A stretch of DNA of 62,769 nt, filler included, from Octopus bimaculoides (taxonomy: Eukaryota): the NCBI RefSeq assembly GCF_001194135.2. It is 7 parts of 6 records of this genome, joined end to end, with 100 filler letters (N's around TTAATTAATTAA, not from the genome) between each part and the next. Parts side by side here need not be neighbours in the genome. Positions count along the whole stretch, not along the records: positions 11,494 to 21,960 come from NC_068986.1; positions 22,061 to 37,274 come from NC_068983.1; 5 more parts are not named here. One strand, 5' to 3'. A program made the position numbers and the translations under genes. Shown one piece after another: positions 11,394 through 25,411 of the stretch (its first letter is position 1; each line of letters opens with the position of its first letter). Under the pieces are notes generated by a model, which did not search any database, had not been told where the DNA came from, and saw only the letters and a program-made list of their open reading frames with translations.

Positions 11394-12793
11394 NNNNNNN
11401 NNNNNNNNNNNNNNNNNNNNNNNNNNNNNNNNNNNNNTTAATTAATTAANNNNNNNNNNNNNNNNNNNNNNNNNNNNNNNNNNNNNNNNNNNNTATATAC
11501 ATACGTACGTGCGTACATACATACATACATACATACATACATACATCTGTGTATGTGTGCATGGGTATGCGTGTAGTTGTATGTCTTTCGTTGATATATA
11601 TTAACGGACGATTTAAACTCTTGGGAGGAAAACGAAAACAATCAATGAACGACTGCTCTAGGTACATTTGTTCTGCATTTATCTTCAGTCACTTCTATAT
11701 CACTCACATCCTCATAAAAAAAGAGTGAAGCTTTTACTGATGCAGCATCGTCTTCTAGTTGTGATATAAGATAAATGTATAAATAAATAAATAAATAAAC
11801 AAATAAATAAATGAAAAAAGAAAGAAAGACAATGTTCAGTTATACCTTTATGAAAGAAGCTGTTTTAATAGTTTGCAAATAGCTGGTGTCGCGTTAAATA
11901 TAAAACTGGATAAGCATCTTTCGTCCCCGAGAAATATTGTTCATGCCATGCGTTGCGCCCGATCCAATTCATTACCCTGTTTCACACAGCTACTTCACTG
12001 GTATGTTCCTTTAGCGGAATCTGTTCTTTTATAAACATCCGGGTAACGTCTCATGTCAGGGGACAAATCATCAGTCGTAGTGTCTGCCTTTATTCACGGA
12101 GACTCTGCAAAGGATCATGGGCGTCGACCTTCTGGCTAAACCATAAAAAATATCACGAAAACTTCCCTGAACAATTGCATAAATAGAGAGACACGTTGTT
12201 GTTATTTAGCTCAAAGTCGGCCCTGATACAGCAACTGTATTTACAAGGGGCAACGTATGGCGACCATGCCATTTTTTACAAGTTGTAGTGTACCCTGGGC
12301 TACATTCTTCAAAGTGCCCTCTCACTTCTATAAGATTGATGAGTTAGATTTGAGGGAAACTTCACTGCTATTTCTACTTGGTTAGGCGATCACATAGAGG
12401 TTTCTTCTATGATAGTATTGCACAATAAGAGAGGGAAAGCATTTCCAGGCCTTTACGAAGCCCGTCATTTACACTTTCTTCTTCCCACTTACAACTCACT
12501 AGGAAACATCTGTTTCGAAGTAGGACACCAATAAGCTGACTATTTTAGCTTTTCTTAATTAACATGACAAATTTGCGGACTTGTATAAATGACTTCACAC
12601 CAGTTAATGGTGATTTAGAAGTTAAAAGTTTTGCAGTGTTGCTATCCTTGTTGTTTTTGTTGTGGTTGTTGTAGTCAAGTTATATATATATATATATATA
12701 TNNNNNNNNNNNNNNNNNNNNNNNNNNNNNNNNNNNNNNNNNNNNNNNNNNNNNNNNNNNNNNNNNNNNNNNNNNNNNNNNNNNNNNNNTATA

Positions 12794-12825
<32 letters not shown>

Positions 12826-13897
12826 CATGAAGCTGAAACCTTGATATGTTGCAGCTTAAGTTCCCACAGAAAAAAATGTCAAATTGAACATGTTGGGAAG
12901 GAGCAAACAAGTTTTTAAAAGTACTTCATAATTTAAGAACTATCACTGATACAAGCGTGTTTAATGAGAAACTGAAATCTGCAATATTGAATTACAGCTA
13001 GTAATAAAATTCTGAAAACTTAACCTAATTTCTTCAATAAATACGCATTTGTTGAGATTAGCGTTTATAACAGGTTGACACAAGTAGCTTCATATAGAAA
13101 CTTTCTAAATTCTAGATCATTATAGATGTGTTGTTTCTAAGGGTTCATTCGTTCTTTTTTTTTATACTTTATTAGTTTTATTAAATCTTTGGCTTTAGTT
13201 AATAAACCGTATGAAACCTTAGAAGAAAATATCTGAGTCATTTTTACGGTATGAACTGCAAAAAAATAAAAACAATTCATCTCACCATCTCAAGGCATAT
13301 AAAATAACTGAAATATTCTTAAATATAAACTTTTACGATTCACCTCCAGTAACATAAAGGAAATAACATTAACGCACTTCTTTGACCCACTACAAATATC
13401 ACACCCTGCCTTCTTAGCAAAATTAGTACACTTTGGACTTTGTAGAGCTATTTTCTCTGAAAAGTTGGAATGGTCACAGTTGGAACGATTTTAATGATAG
13501 CTCTTTTCCATTAGCTAAAAACCAATACCACTACCACTGCCAACAACAACAACTACTACTACTACCACAAGGCATCCGATTTTGAAGAATGATTTCTCGA
13601 GATGTTTTATATATGTGCTTGAAGAAGAGAATGAAAAGAAAGACAAACGCGTACAAAGACAACATTATCTGTGAGAAGTAGATTTTTGAAAAGAAGTAAC
13701 AATGGTCTATTCAACTGAAGCAAGATTTGCACTCCAGCCTCGTAAAACCCTCGCTGGCAACAACTACCCTAACAGACCCGTTGGTTGGAGGGTTGTCGCC
13801 TGAGTGAGGCAAAGGTGTCATCCGCAGGAGTAGATAATCACCAACAAATGGTGGATGCCGTGATTGATGTTACAGCGCATGCCATAATACTACTACT

Positions 13898-13953
<56 letters not shown>

Positions 13954-14749
13954 ACAATGTAGAATTAGAAAGTAACCTAAAATAAGAATTTTAATGGTAA
14001 ATTTAAAATGTAGTATAAGAATTACTGTGGGCCCTTTACAACTTGTTTCCTTTTATTTATTCAGTATTATATTTAATAGTCCATATGATATTCAATAATC
14101 CTCTCAATCCATCCCCCGCAATCGTTCCACTGTAATCTCTACTCAGTCTATATCGTTAATGGATATTGACGTGGTGGCTCAGTTGATATTTTAATTGGGA
14201 AAAGAAAAATGCAATTATCCGTGAAAATATTTAGTGTACATTCGTTGGCTACAGAAAGTAGGAGAAAGTCTTCGTATGTGAAGATACACAAAAATTTTGC
14301 ATTCATTTAGTGTAACGCTCACTTAGCGAAATACTTTTTTTTTTTTTGCCGAGGAAGGGAGTCCAAGCTTCATTGACTACACATTTCTGCAAGTCCACTT
14401 TGCGTAACTATAATTCCTGACATATAGTTAGGAAAAAAAAACACCCACAACATCAAAAAAAAAAAGAAAAAATAGCAGACTATGAACTTTGTAATTAATA
14501 AATCATATAACAACAAGTCAATTATTACTTAGCTGTATATAGCGAAAAATTATGTTCTCATTAATAAAGATGTCACCAGATTCATGTTCATGTGTTACCG
14601 TGTAGCTTTTATACGCTTGTGACAACAATACGTTTGTACATGTATATATATATATATGTGTTTATGTATATATTTATGTATGTATGTGTGTGTGCAGAAT
14701 ATTTGTTGGTTTGCATCTACGCATGTATGTGCATACACACACACATGCA

Positions 14750-14839
<90 letters not shown>

Positions 14840-15432
14840 TAATTACACACACACACATATGGATGATTTATTAAGTGTATTATTAACGTTACGTGTAATG
14901 AATTTCTATTATTGTATAATACTTTGTATTGCTTTATACTGTTGCTGCGTCTGGTCACTTGGTCTTCCTCTGTCTTCTCCGATCTCTACTCCTAATAGTA
15001 CCAACAACTCCAAACCAACAACAACTACTACAACTATTACTATTCATGCTGTTAAATATAGAAATTTAGATGGAATTTATTTTTATAATCGATCTTCCTA
15101 CAACTGGTAATATCGTATTTACGGTGGATACATTTGTAACTGTTAATCAATTAATTAATAATTGGTTCAAACATACGCACAATGCCTGAAATTTGGGAGT
15201 GGATATCAGCCGATTAAATGAATCCATGAAATGAATCACTGGTACCGAACTCGGTGGAGTTTGAAGTAGAAATTAAATGGAATAAATACAAGAAATTTTG
15301 TTCGACGATCCAAAGATTCTGCCAATCCACCACTTAAATGTGAACTTCGAACAAAATTAAAGGAAAAAAAGCAGTAAAGATAGTTAAATGGATTAAGAAA
15401 GAGTAGTCCACAATAATAAAGATAGAGTAATC

Positions 15433-15646
15433 CTTTCTACTATAGGCACAAGGACTGAAACTTTTTAGTGAAGGCGTTTAGTCATTACATGAACCCCAGT
15501 GCTCAGCTAGTACTTATTTTGTCGACCACAAAAGGATTAATGGCAAAGTGAACCTCGGCAGTATTTGAACTGAGAACGTAGGGGCAGACGAAATGCTGCT
15601 AAGCATTTTGTCCGGCGTGCTAATGCTTCTGCCAGCTCACCGTCTT
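15433..15646 (-). mobile_element. tRNA-derived SINE, family A monomer with TSD
   Basis: Full head-to-tail copy on -. Flanked by AAAGATAGAGTAATC (15418-15432) and AAAGATAAAGTAATC (15647-15661). Confidence 0.85.
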
Positions 15647-15720
15647 AAAGATAAAGTAATCAGCAATACACAGACACCAAACGAGAGTCTGCGAGCATTT
15701 TTAGCAATTATGGATGCTGG

Positions 15721-15955
15721 TGGATCAAACGTAAGCAAGCTTGTAGCGTTTATCTCGAACACGTAAAGCTTAAAGTAGACAAATATAAATCGTTGCATTA
15801 GCTGAGCAGAGCAGGATTCAAAGCTAAGGCTAAAGGATTTTTAACACTGCAGGATCAAAATTTTCGCAGCATAAATTACCAACAGCATGTAATGAAGCAG
15901 AATACATTAGGTAATTGCATGATATGCCGAGGCTGAGAAGAACTAATTAAGCGTC
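15721..15955 (+). mobile_element. Decayed non-LTR retrotransposon C-terminal fragment (zinc-knuckle region, R4/RTE-X-like)
   Basis: WIKRKQACSVYLEHVKLKVDKYKSLH*LSRAGFKAKAKGFLTLQDQNFRSINYQQHVMKQNTLGNCMICRG*EE resembles W..K..HG.Y...VDK..S..WL..G.K.ETEG...QDQ...T.NY...CR.C...ET. Confidence 0.6.
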
Positions 15956-17080
15956 TCTGGTAACCCACTCTTGTCTATCTACAGGCAAAACAAATTGAGA
16001 CTCTCATACCCTGGCAATTATTATGCTAGCAACATGTCAAAAGAAAAAAGTGGTATAAGCTTACATCAGAAACGATCTGAGAAAATGACAAACTGACGAT
16101 GATCTGGACTATGCCAGAGCTAAGGTACTCATACATACGCACAATACGCAGAATATAGCACTAAGTGTTACTGTACACATATTAAAGAGAATACATACAG
16201 TACAATAAAGAAAACACAAAACAAAACACAAGCATCGAGCTGTGAAAGCATTCAATACAGCATGTAACATAGATAGCATGCAATACAGAAAATAATTACA
16301 TAAACGACATGTTGCTCTAACTTGAAATATATTTCACAAAATATTTCTTTTATTAATATTACTGAATGAATTCTGCGCTAGAACGCAGGATCATAATCTT
16401 AATTCATGGACCTGCTCATATCTTTAAGTTTAGCAAAGCACTTTTCTTTAATGATGACGCATACGTTATCATATGTTCTCTCTGTTCCAATAAAATAGAT
16501 TACATCTGATGTTGCTGCCAGCTCTGTAACTGAATGGGACAATGAAGATCCCCCTTCCCAGACACAGGTGCAATACTCTCTTTTACCGATCTTGTGAATG
16601 AGATGCAGCAAGCATTAGTTTGTTCTACAAAATGTATCTCATTCGAAAGTATGTTTGACCAAGTGCGTGTACGTGTGTTGTTATTGTTGCTGCTGCTGTT
16701 TATTTCTGGTGGTGAAACTTGTGGCTTGTCATGCTTTCCCCCTCCCCCATTTTCAGAAATTTGTGGTATATTCATAAACACACTTTAATCCTTTTACCCG
16801 TTTGTTAACTGTTTTACGTTAACCAATGTAATTTACTTTGAGAGCAGCTCTCGTATTATAACATGTTGGCATATTTGACTTGTAGTTAGACGTTAAATCA
16901 AAACGTCGAAATATCAAAAGAGTGACCTTCTTTATTAGCCCCAATACAGGGAAGATATCCCAAAATCTTCAATAACAAGGCCTGTTTAAAGTAATACTAA
17001 AATAAAAATTCCTTGGTTACATTTCGAAAATATTCAGCATGCTTAGAGATATATATTAGTGTGAGTGAATGAGACAGTTC

Positions 17081-17139
<59 letters not shown>

Positions 17140-17166
17140 GATAGTAATAATAATTACTATTAATAT

Positions 17167-17309
17167 TTTCTCTACTCTAAGTACAAGGACTTGAAAATTT
17201 TGGAGAGGAAGGGGCCTAGTCGATTACAGTGCGTAACTGGTACTTATTTCATCGACCCCGAAAGGATAAAAGGCAAAGTCAACCTCGGTGGAATTTGAAG
17301 TCAGAACGT
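17167..17309 (-). mobile_element. SINE family A, 5'-truncated, fused to the L1/Tx1 fragment
   Basis: Tail and central segment are present. The head is lost at the junction ...GAAGTCAGAACGT|CGTCCGCAAA. Confidence 0.75.
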
Positions 17310-18990
17310 CGTCCGCAAACGCTGACACGAACCTTTTACATCCCAGTTCACGTGAGATGTCCTTGAAACTTCCAGCTTCCGCAGTAATGGCTTGAGTGCC
17401 AGTAAGAAGAGAAGGGGTTAGAGTGGGCATCCTTGACGGGGTAAACGTTCGATACCAAGCGATTCCGAGAACAGATGTCGCGACCCAGCCTCTGAAAACG
17501 GGACCGAAACCAGCCGCCTTGAGGACAGATTCCAAGTACAGATGGTTGACGCTATCAAAGGCTTTCGGTTGATCCAAATGGATCAGGGCCCCACCCATGC
17601 TAGATTCTTTACCAACCCTCTCTATAATGTATCGCGTGAGGTGTGGGTTGTCGTCTATAGTTTTGCTGGGGATAGCGCAGGTCTGCTCATCAGTCACCAG
17701 TCTGTCAACAAACGCCAATCTCTTTGCTAATACATTTGCCAAAATTTTGTAATCTGTATTTAGTAGAGTTACCGGCCTAAAGTTATCAACAACGTCTTCC
17801 TTGTTCGGATCCTTTCTCAGTAGCGTCACCACACCTCGGCTCTCAAATCTGTGTATTCTCCCATTCTTCTGCCAGATGAGGCAGACGTCTCCCAAAAGCT
17901 CACCAAACAAGTCTGGTATATCTTCGGCATTTCGCAGAACTCAACGTCCCTGGCCGAAAGCCATGGTATACCATCAAGATAGGAAGTGAAGTTCAGCTCC
18001 GCCTCCGGGCCACCGCGCGCCTCGTACAGTTCAGCAAAGTGCCGCTGAAATTCCGCACAAATCTGCTTCGACTCGTGTAGCATGCGCCTGTCCCGAACCC
18101 TCAAAGACTGAATTGTAGTTTTATAACCACGTTCGGTCACCCGGGCCCATCGAATGGCTCACGTTCCCTCCTGCTTTAGAGCACGCACCCGAGTTCTTAC
18201 AATGCAACCTTCATGCTTGGTGTTGAAGAATTGGTTCAGAACCAATCTCGCTGCCAGCACATCGGTCGCTATGCTTCTACTCAGTGCCCTTTCTAATTTC
18301 CTAACTCCCTCTACTCTCGTCTTCTTTATCGCTAGTTCTCTACTAAATTCTACAGCTTCTACGCTAATCATCCGTTTTACGGCCCCCTACCATCGGTTGT
18401 TGAAGACTGCACCCGTCAACTTTCGATGGACTGACTTGCTAAGCCGGTCTCTGAAAGTTTGGCGCGCCGGGAAGGATGCATTCAGCTTCCAGTATCCATG
18501 TCCCTGGCTATGGAGTCTATCTAGGTCAACAGTACAGATCACAAATTTGTGGTCTGTGTAGTTGACGAATTCAAATTGTGGACTCTATGCTATTCATATC
18601 TGCGGGCCTACAAAATACTTTATCTAGATAAGATCTGGATGATCCGGCGCTGTTTTCCCATGTCCACACTGGCGTGTTCGAGAAATCCAGTCTGAACCTG
18701 TCCGCCAGCTGGAAAGGACTGAGCAGGTTTGCGAGGCTTGCGCACCCAACCTTTCCTATCCGGTAGCCCCACCCAATCCACAAGTGCATCCAAAATGCCG
18801 TTCCAATCGCCCAATCGAGATGTACCTAGAAAGGCCTCCAGGCGTCTGAAGAACTCAAGCTGCCCCGCTCCAGTTGGTGCGTACACTGCGACCAGTATAA
18901 AAGTACTGCCTTCGCTATCGTTCACGTCCTGGACTAACGACTTAGCTTCTGGTAATGTGATGCATGTGCCTGGTGTACAGACAGGTAGTC
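17310..18990 (-). pseudogene. L1/Tx1-clade LINE ORF2 remnant (AP endonuclease and RT), frameshifted, 3'-truncated
   Basis: ILVAVYAP, GDWN.ILD, TW...RSYLDKVF (APE). NFRPVTLLNTDYKILANVLAKRL, EQTCAIP, LDQPKAFDSVNH.YL, and a shifted RQGCPL.P followed by SAFADD (RT). Confidence 0.9.
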
Positions 18991-19074
18991 ATGATTTGTA
19001 TATCGGGCTTCGTATATTTGTACCCCAGTGTCACTGTGATGGCATGTGCTGCTCTCTCACTCAATAATGATAAT

Positions 19075-19275
19075 AATGGTTTCAAAATTTGCCACAAGGG
19101 CAACAAGTTTTGGGGAAGGGATGAGTCGATTACACTAGTGTTAAACTGGTACTTATTTTATCGAAAACGAAAAGATGACAGGCAAAATCAAACTCGACGG
19201 AATTTGAACTCAGAACGTAGGGACGGGCGAAATACCGCTAAGCATTTGGTCCAGCGTGCTAACTATTCTGCCAGG
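19075..19275 (-). mobile_element. SINE family A monomer
   Basis: ACTGGTACTTATTTTATCGA..GGCAAAATCAAACTCGACGGAATTTGAACTCAGAACG...GTGCTAAC..CTGCCAG. Confidence 0.75.
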
Positions 19276-19466
19276 TAATCTAATTACGTCGATCCCTAAA
19301 CTCTACTGGTACTTATTTTATCGGCCTTGGAGGATGAAAATTAAAGTCGACCTCGGCGGAATAAGAATAACAATAACAACGATGATGACGACGATGATGA
19401 TGATGAAGAAGAGGAGGAGGACGGGGAAGGGGAGGAGAGGAGGGGAGGAAGAGGAGGAGAAGGAGA

Positions 19467-19522
<56 letters not shown>

Positions 19523-20069
19523 ACACTCATTTTCATTTTATGTGTGAGTTTTGAATGATAAAATTAGAATTCTGTCCTAAAAGATTAATTTCTTCCGTTA
19601 TTACTTTTCTTCAGTCCACCGTATCTTTTCCTCTGTAACTAACTACCACCGATTCCAACAACTCCACTGAGTCTGTCTGTATATCTGAAGAATGTCCCTA
19701 CATAGTAATTGACTAATAGTTTTTCTCCTAATCGCTGACAGAATGGAGAAGACTCTAAGTGATTGCTCGGCCTACTATATCCAACTACTCTCTAACATAT
19801 TTTAAAATGGAAGGTTGTATTGGTTAAGATATTCTAATAGGATGAAGTATATCTATAAAGGGGAGATAATCGCGGGTAGAATGGTTCTGCTCAAATATGG
19901 GACTACTCTATAATGGCGAAATCAATTTACTTCTTCACTGGCATAGCAATAGAAGATTCTGTATATATCTATTGTAATGTCATCCACAATAACAATATTG
20001 TATAGTAAAGGAGGACCATTAAGTAATCGCCTGACTTGCTAGAAATAGTAGCTAAATCTCCCTCTAGCG

Positions 20070-20307
20070 CAGTGGTTCTCAAGCGGAGTTCATATGGCCC
20101 TTGGGGGTCCATATAAGATTTTCTTGTTAAAATTTATGGACAATAAATTGCTTCTACTGCTGCAATACGCAAAATATTTTAGCATTTTTATACAATTCTT
20201 TATAATATTTAATCATAAACATGCAATAGGTTTATATATGTATGTATGTACGTATGTATGTATGTATGTATGTATGTATGTATGTATGTATGTGTATGTA
20301 TGTATGT

Positions 20308-20368
<61 letters not shown>

Positions 20369-20440
20369 ATAGCTACGCAGGTCCAATAGAGTAAAAAGGA
20401 ATCAAAGGAGTTCATAGGCAACAATAGTCGAGAACCATTA
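20070..20440. mobile_element. hAT/Charlie-type MITE with internal microsatellites
   Basis: Ends CAGTGGTTCTCAA (20070) and GTCGAGAACCATTA (20427-20440), an imperfect TIR. The 8-bp flanks CTCTAGCG and GTCTAGAG fit the Charlie-type NTCTAGAN target preference. Confidence 0.65.
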
Positions 20441-20904
20441 GTCTAGAGGCTCAAAACTGAGACGAACATTATGCATAAGTTAGTCCCGAATATTCAATAT
20501 TTGAAAAACTAAAAGACGCAGGAAGCAGGACGTTAATGCCTTTTGCCGAAAAAAGTACAGAAAAAGAGTTGACCTCAGTAATACACGAGAACAACTACAA
20601 CAGCAAACTTTTTCAAGCCATGCATGTGTGTGCGTGTGTGCGTGCGCGTGTGTGTGTGTGTTGTGTGTGGTGTGTGGTATAGGAATATGAAAAATAAAAA
20701 ATAATAGCAATAGTGAAGAATAAAAGAAATAGACAATACAAATAAGTAATGTAAAACAAAAATTAGTTATAATAAATAAATAAATAAATCAGGAACGGAA
20801 GAAAAAATATCGGTAACAGAAATAAATTTTTAAATTATTAAAAATTATAAAAAACGAATAAAAAATATTGAGTTGAATGTTTGTTTTAAAGAATGGTGTG
20901 TGTG

Positions 20905-21950
20905 GAAAGTCACCGAGAGGAGAGGGTTATATTGAGTCCGAAAAGAGCTTGAGTAAGTAGATTGAAATTGTAACGCTGTTCCCGGCGGTGTCTAGAGTTA
21001 GTGGATCCACGGTGTAGGGCAAGGCCGAAGACGGTGAGATCTGAGGTAGAGTGGTTGGCCAAGCGAAAATGACGGCGACGGGGATGTTCACCAAACACCT
21101 TCGAGACGTACGTGGACGAACGTCTCAAAGGTGTTTGGTGAACCGGTCGGCTAGCCGGCGGCCCATCTGACCAACGTAGAGTTTATTGCAACGATTTCGC
21201 CTGATGCAGCAAATGAGGTTTGAAGTGCAGGAGAATGAGTTTCTAATGTAGAGGGTGTGCTGATAGGATCCAGTGAGAGAGGTGGTGTTGGTGATGAAAG
21301 GACAGGAGTGGCAATGAGGTCTGAAGCAAAGGAAGGATCCGGGGTGGGTTGAATTAGAAGTGTGGAGGGAGTTACGGAGCAGTAGGTCGCGTAGGTTACG
21401 GGTGCGTTTGAAGGCGGGCATGGGTGGGGTGGGGGAAATATGGAGGGTAGTGGCATCTAGCTGGAGGTGACAGAAGGCTCGCAGGATCTTCTGACGAAGT
21501 GGTAGGGTGGAGGGGGAAGGAGGAGATAGAGAATGTGGTTGGGGAATACGGGTTGGAAAGGAGAAAGGGCAGTAATGTGATCCATTTAACAAGTGCGGGT
21601 AAGGGTAATTTTGACAAGGGTGGAAGGGTAATCGCGATACATGAACAAGCGGGCCAGATATTGGGACTGGGTCACGAAACCCTAGTCCCGATTGCAAAGG
21701 CGTCGGTGGCAGAGGAACTAGGAGTAGTGGATGGCTCGTTTTGTGTGGGAGGGATGAGAGGAGGAAAGTTGAGGTAGAAGTGGGAGTCCGTAAGTTTAAA
21801 TAAGGCAGAGGTGGTAAGAGAGTTGGTGAGGGGATCAGTGGAGAGAGAGATATCGAGGAACTTTACGGAAGTATCAGAGATGGTAGAGGTGGTAGGTCTG
21901 GGGTTTGGGCGACGGTGAAAGTACTGGAGGGCTAAGAGGCCATCGTTGTG
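20905..21950 (-). pseudogene. Penelope-like element remnant: RT C-terminus and GIY-YIG endonuclease
   Basis: SDTSVKFLDISLS, LTTS..FKLTDSHFYL, AFCHLQ.D.TT.HI, C.RP.C.SCPF, FSCTSNLI.CI...RCNKLYVGQ.GRRLADRFTKHL, and RHF..ANHS..DLTVFGL..H......R.REQ......FGLN. Confidence 0.85.
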
Positions 21951-22060
21951 GGGGGGGGGTNNNNNNNNNNNNNNNNNNNNNNNNNNNNNNNNNNNNNNNN
22001 NNNNTTAATTAATTAANNNNNNNNNNNNNNNNNNNNNNNNNNNNNNNNNNNNNNNNNNNN

Positions 22061-22108
<48 letters not shown>

Positions 22109-22375
22109 TGTGTGTGTGTGTGTGTGCGTGCGAAGGGTAAAACAGCACAAGTGAAACGAGCTGAATAATAGACGGGCGGATATTAGGACAATCTTAGAGG
22201 TTACAGTTTAGAGGTTACAAGAGGTTGACAGATATTCACAATGTGATACACAAAAGGTAAACACACAAAAAGAAAAAATGAATTAACATAAAAACACTGC
22301 CAACAGTGAATTGTGCGATGATGAACAGAGGGGAAGAAGTAGACTGAAGTTTCTGGTGTACGTTTTACCAAAGTA

Positions 22376-22442
<67 letters not shown>

Positions 22443-23321
22443 GAAGGAAGGAAGGAAAAAGTGCGCGTTAATGTATGTGTGTGCTCGTCTGAGCGACTAT
22501 ANNNNNNNNNNNNNNNNNNNNNNNNNNNNNNNNNNNNNNNNNNNNNNNNNNNNNNNNNNNNNNNNNNNNNNNNNNNNNNNNNNNNNNNNNNNNNNNNNNN
22601 NNNNNNNNNNNNNNNNNNNNNNNNNNNNNNNNNNNNNNNNNNNNNNNNNNNNNNNNNNNNNNNNNNNNNNNNNNNNNNNNNNNNNNNNNNNNNNNNNNNN
22701 NNNNNNNNNNNNNNNNNNNNNNNNNNNNNNNNNNNNNNNNNNNNNNNNNNNNNNNNNNNNNNNNNNNNNNNNNNNNNNNNNNNNNNNNNNNNNNNNNNNN
22801 NNNNNNNNNNNNNNNNNNNNNNNNNNNNNNNNNNNNNNNNNNNNNNNNNNNNNNNNNNNNNNNNNNNNNNNNNNNNNNNNNNNNNNNNNNNNNNNNNNNN
22901 NNNNNNNNNNNNNNNNNNNNNNNNNNNNNNNNNNNNNNNNNNNNNNNNNNNNNNNNNNNNNNNNNNNNNNNNNNNNNNNNNNNNNNNNNNNNNNNNNNNN
23001 NNNNNNNNNNNNNNNNNNNNNNNNNNNNNNNNNNNNNNNNNNNNNNNNNNNNNNNNNNNNNNNNNNNNNNNNNNNNNNNNNNNNNNNNNNNNNNNNNNNN
23101 NNNNNNNNNNNNNNNNNNNNNNNNNNNNNNNNNNNNNNNNNNNNNNNNNNNNNNNNNNNNNNNNNNNNNNNNNNNNNNNNNNNNNNNNNNNNNNNNNNNN
23201 NNNNNNNNNNNNNNNNNNNNNNNNNNNNNNNNNNNNNNNNNNNNNNNNNNNNNNNNNNNNNNNNNNNNNNNNNNNNNNNNNNNNNNNNNNNNNNNNNNNN
23301 NNNNNNNNNNNNNNNNNNNNN

Positions 23322-23380
<59 letters not shown>

Positions 23381-24660
23381 TGTGTGTGTGTGAATGTATG
23401 TATATTCATATATATAAATATACGTACATAGATAGAAATTATTGAGTTTTGAGTGTCACAATAAAAATACCCTTGCGTATACTTATATTCGTATATATCA
23501 TAACATTCATGGATGTGCAAATACGATGGAACAGGGACAACTGACGAAGGGGTATAATTTTTATGTTTGTTGCATGTCTCGTTACTCTGTTTGCTTGTTT
23601 TGTTCGCTTTTTTTTTTTGTTGTCTTTTTCGTTGTTCGAAAAATGTTCGTTTTCTGTTTTCGTCTTTTATGTTTTCGTTTTTCATTGTGTTTAACGTTTA
23701 TTTGATGTCCTGTACCCATATATGCATGTATGTATACACATAGATGTAGGTATGTACGTATATGTATGGATATATGCATATATATATATTATTTATATTA
23801 TTATATGATCGAACGCCACGCATCCTTTTCCAACTAAGTTTTATATACATACATACATGGTGGTTGTCTACTCCTTAAACAGAGTTTGACCNNNNNNNNN
23901 NNNNNNNNNNNNNNNNNNNNNNNNNNNNNNNNNNNNNNNNNNNNNNNNNNNNNNNNNNNNNNNNNNNNNNNNNNNNNNNNNNNNNNNNNNNATATATGAA
24001 TGAATGTATATTTCCTTTTAAAATGTATAATATTAAATACAGCTACCATTTTCCTTGAATTTTTTTTTATTTCCATATGTATTTGTTAACAATAAATCTC
24101 GAAAAGTGCTACCTGAGTAAATACATATTTGATCCACTCAAGCTAAGAATACGGAAAATGTACAGAAGCCCATTGGGTAGAATGTACACCCTTGTGACAT
24201 CATCTGTTTCACTGATTCGATTTTAGAATAAATTAGAAATAGTCTTGTCTGTTGAATACACAACCAGTTTCACACTATAATTCAGTGAGAAGGTAGTTCA
24301 TTTGAGGCAGTATTGAAAGAGTCATCGTTAAAACTGATAGAGTTCCATTTAGTTATGTATGCTATATGTGCTTGTTATATATGTCTATGTTATACGTGCT
24401 TCTTGAGATAAATAAGAATCTCAAAGAATTCATAAATAAATTTTGTTTGTTTTTCTTTTTTAGTTCCCGATTGTTTAAAACATGACCTGAAAATGGACTT
24501 TCGCAAACTTCCAGATCGTCCACAAGATATGCAAAAACGGAAAGCAAGATACCGGTAAGATGGACAATATTACTTTTACTTAAGACGGTGAGCTGGCAGA
24601 AACCCCCTCCCCAAAAATTGCGGGCCTTGTGCCTAGAGTAGAAAAGATTTTCGTTTAAAA

Positions 24661-24995
24661 TGGTGGTGAGCTGGCAGTAACGTTAGCACGCCGGGCGAAA
24701 TGTTTCGCGGTATATCTTTACGTTCTGAGTTCAAATTCTGCCGAGGTCCACTTCGCCTTTCATCCTTTCGGGGTCGATAAATTAAGTACCAGTTACGCAC
24801 TGGGGTCGGTGTAATCGACTTAATCCCCTTGTTTTTCCCGTCTATGTTTAGCCCCTTGTGGGCAATGAAGAAATAAGAAACGTTAGCACACCGGGCGAAA
24901 TGCTTAGCGGTATTTCGTCTGTCTTTATGTTCTGGGTTCAATTCCGCCGAGGTCGACTTTGCCTTTCATCCTTTCGGGGTCGATAAATTAAGTAC
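24661..24995 (+). mobile_element. SINE family A tandem dimer (runs into gap)
   Basis: Two units with TTAGCAC at 24683 and 24883, joined through ...GGGCAATGAAGAAATAAGAA|ACGTTAGCAC. Confidence 0.8.
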
Positions 24996-25411
24996 NNNNN
25001 NNNNNNNNNNNNNNNNNNNNNNNNNNNNNNNNNNNNNNNNNNNNNNNNNNNNNNNNNNNNNNNNNNNNNNNNNNNNNNNNNNNNNNNNNNNNNNNNNNNN
25101 NNNNNNNNNNNNNNNNNNNNNNNNNNNNNNNNNNNNNNNNNNNNNNNNNNNNNNNNNNNNNNNNNNNNNNNNNNNNNNNNNNNNNNNNNNNNNNNNNNNN
25201 NNNNNNNNNNNNNNNNNNNNNNNNNNNNNNNTTTTTTTTTTTTCTTTTTTTTTACGAAAGGATTAGTTTATAAACTATTACAGTCATGAGACGGGTGTAA
25301 TAACCGGTTAGTAGACTTTCAGAAAAAGACTAGGAATCGTGCGATTGTTAAATAGTTTATTTATTAGTTCTTTAGTAAAAAAAAAAATTATAGTAGAAAG
25401 AATTATTATTG

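Noticed and set aside
11930-12170. Minus-strand SEVAV*NRVMNW resembling a BACK-domain segment
   Set aside because: The match is too short, interrupted by stops and without splice support.
16501-16569. Possible 69-nt phase-0 exon (ITSDVAASSVTEWDNEDPPSQTQ)
   Set aside because: Both splice sites are weak and there is no recognisable homology.
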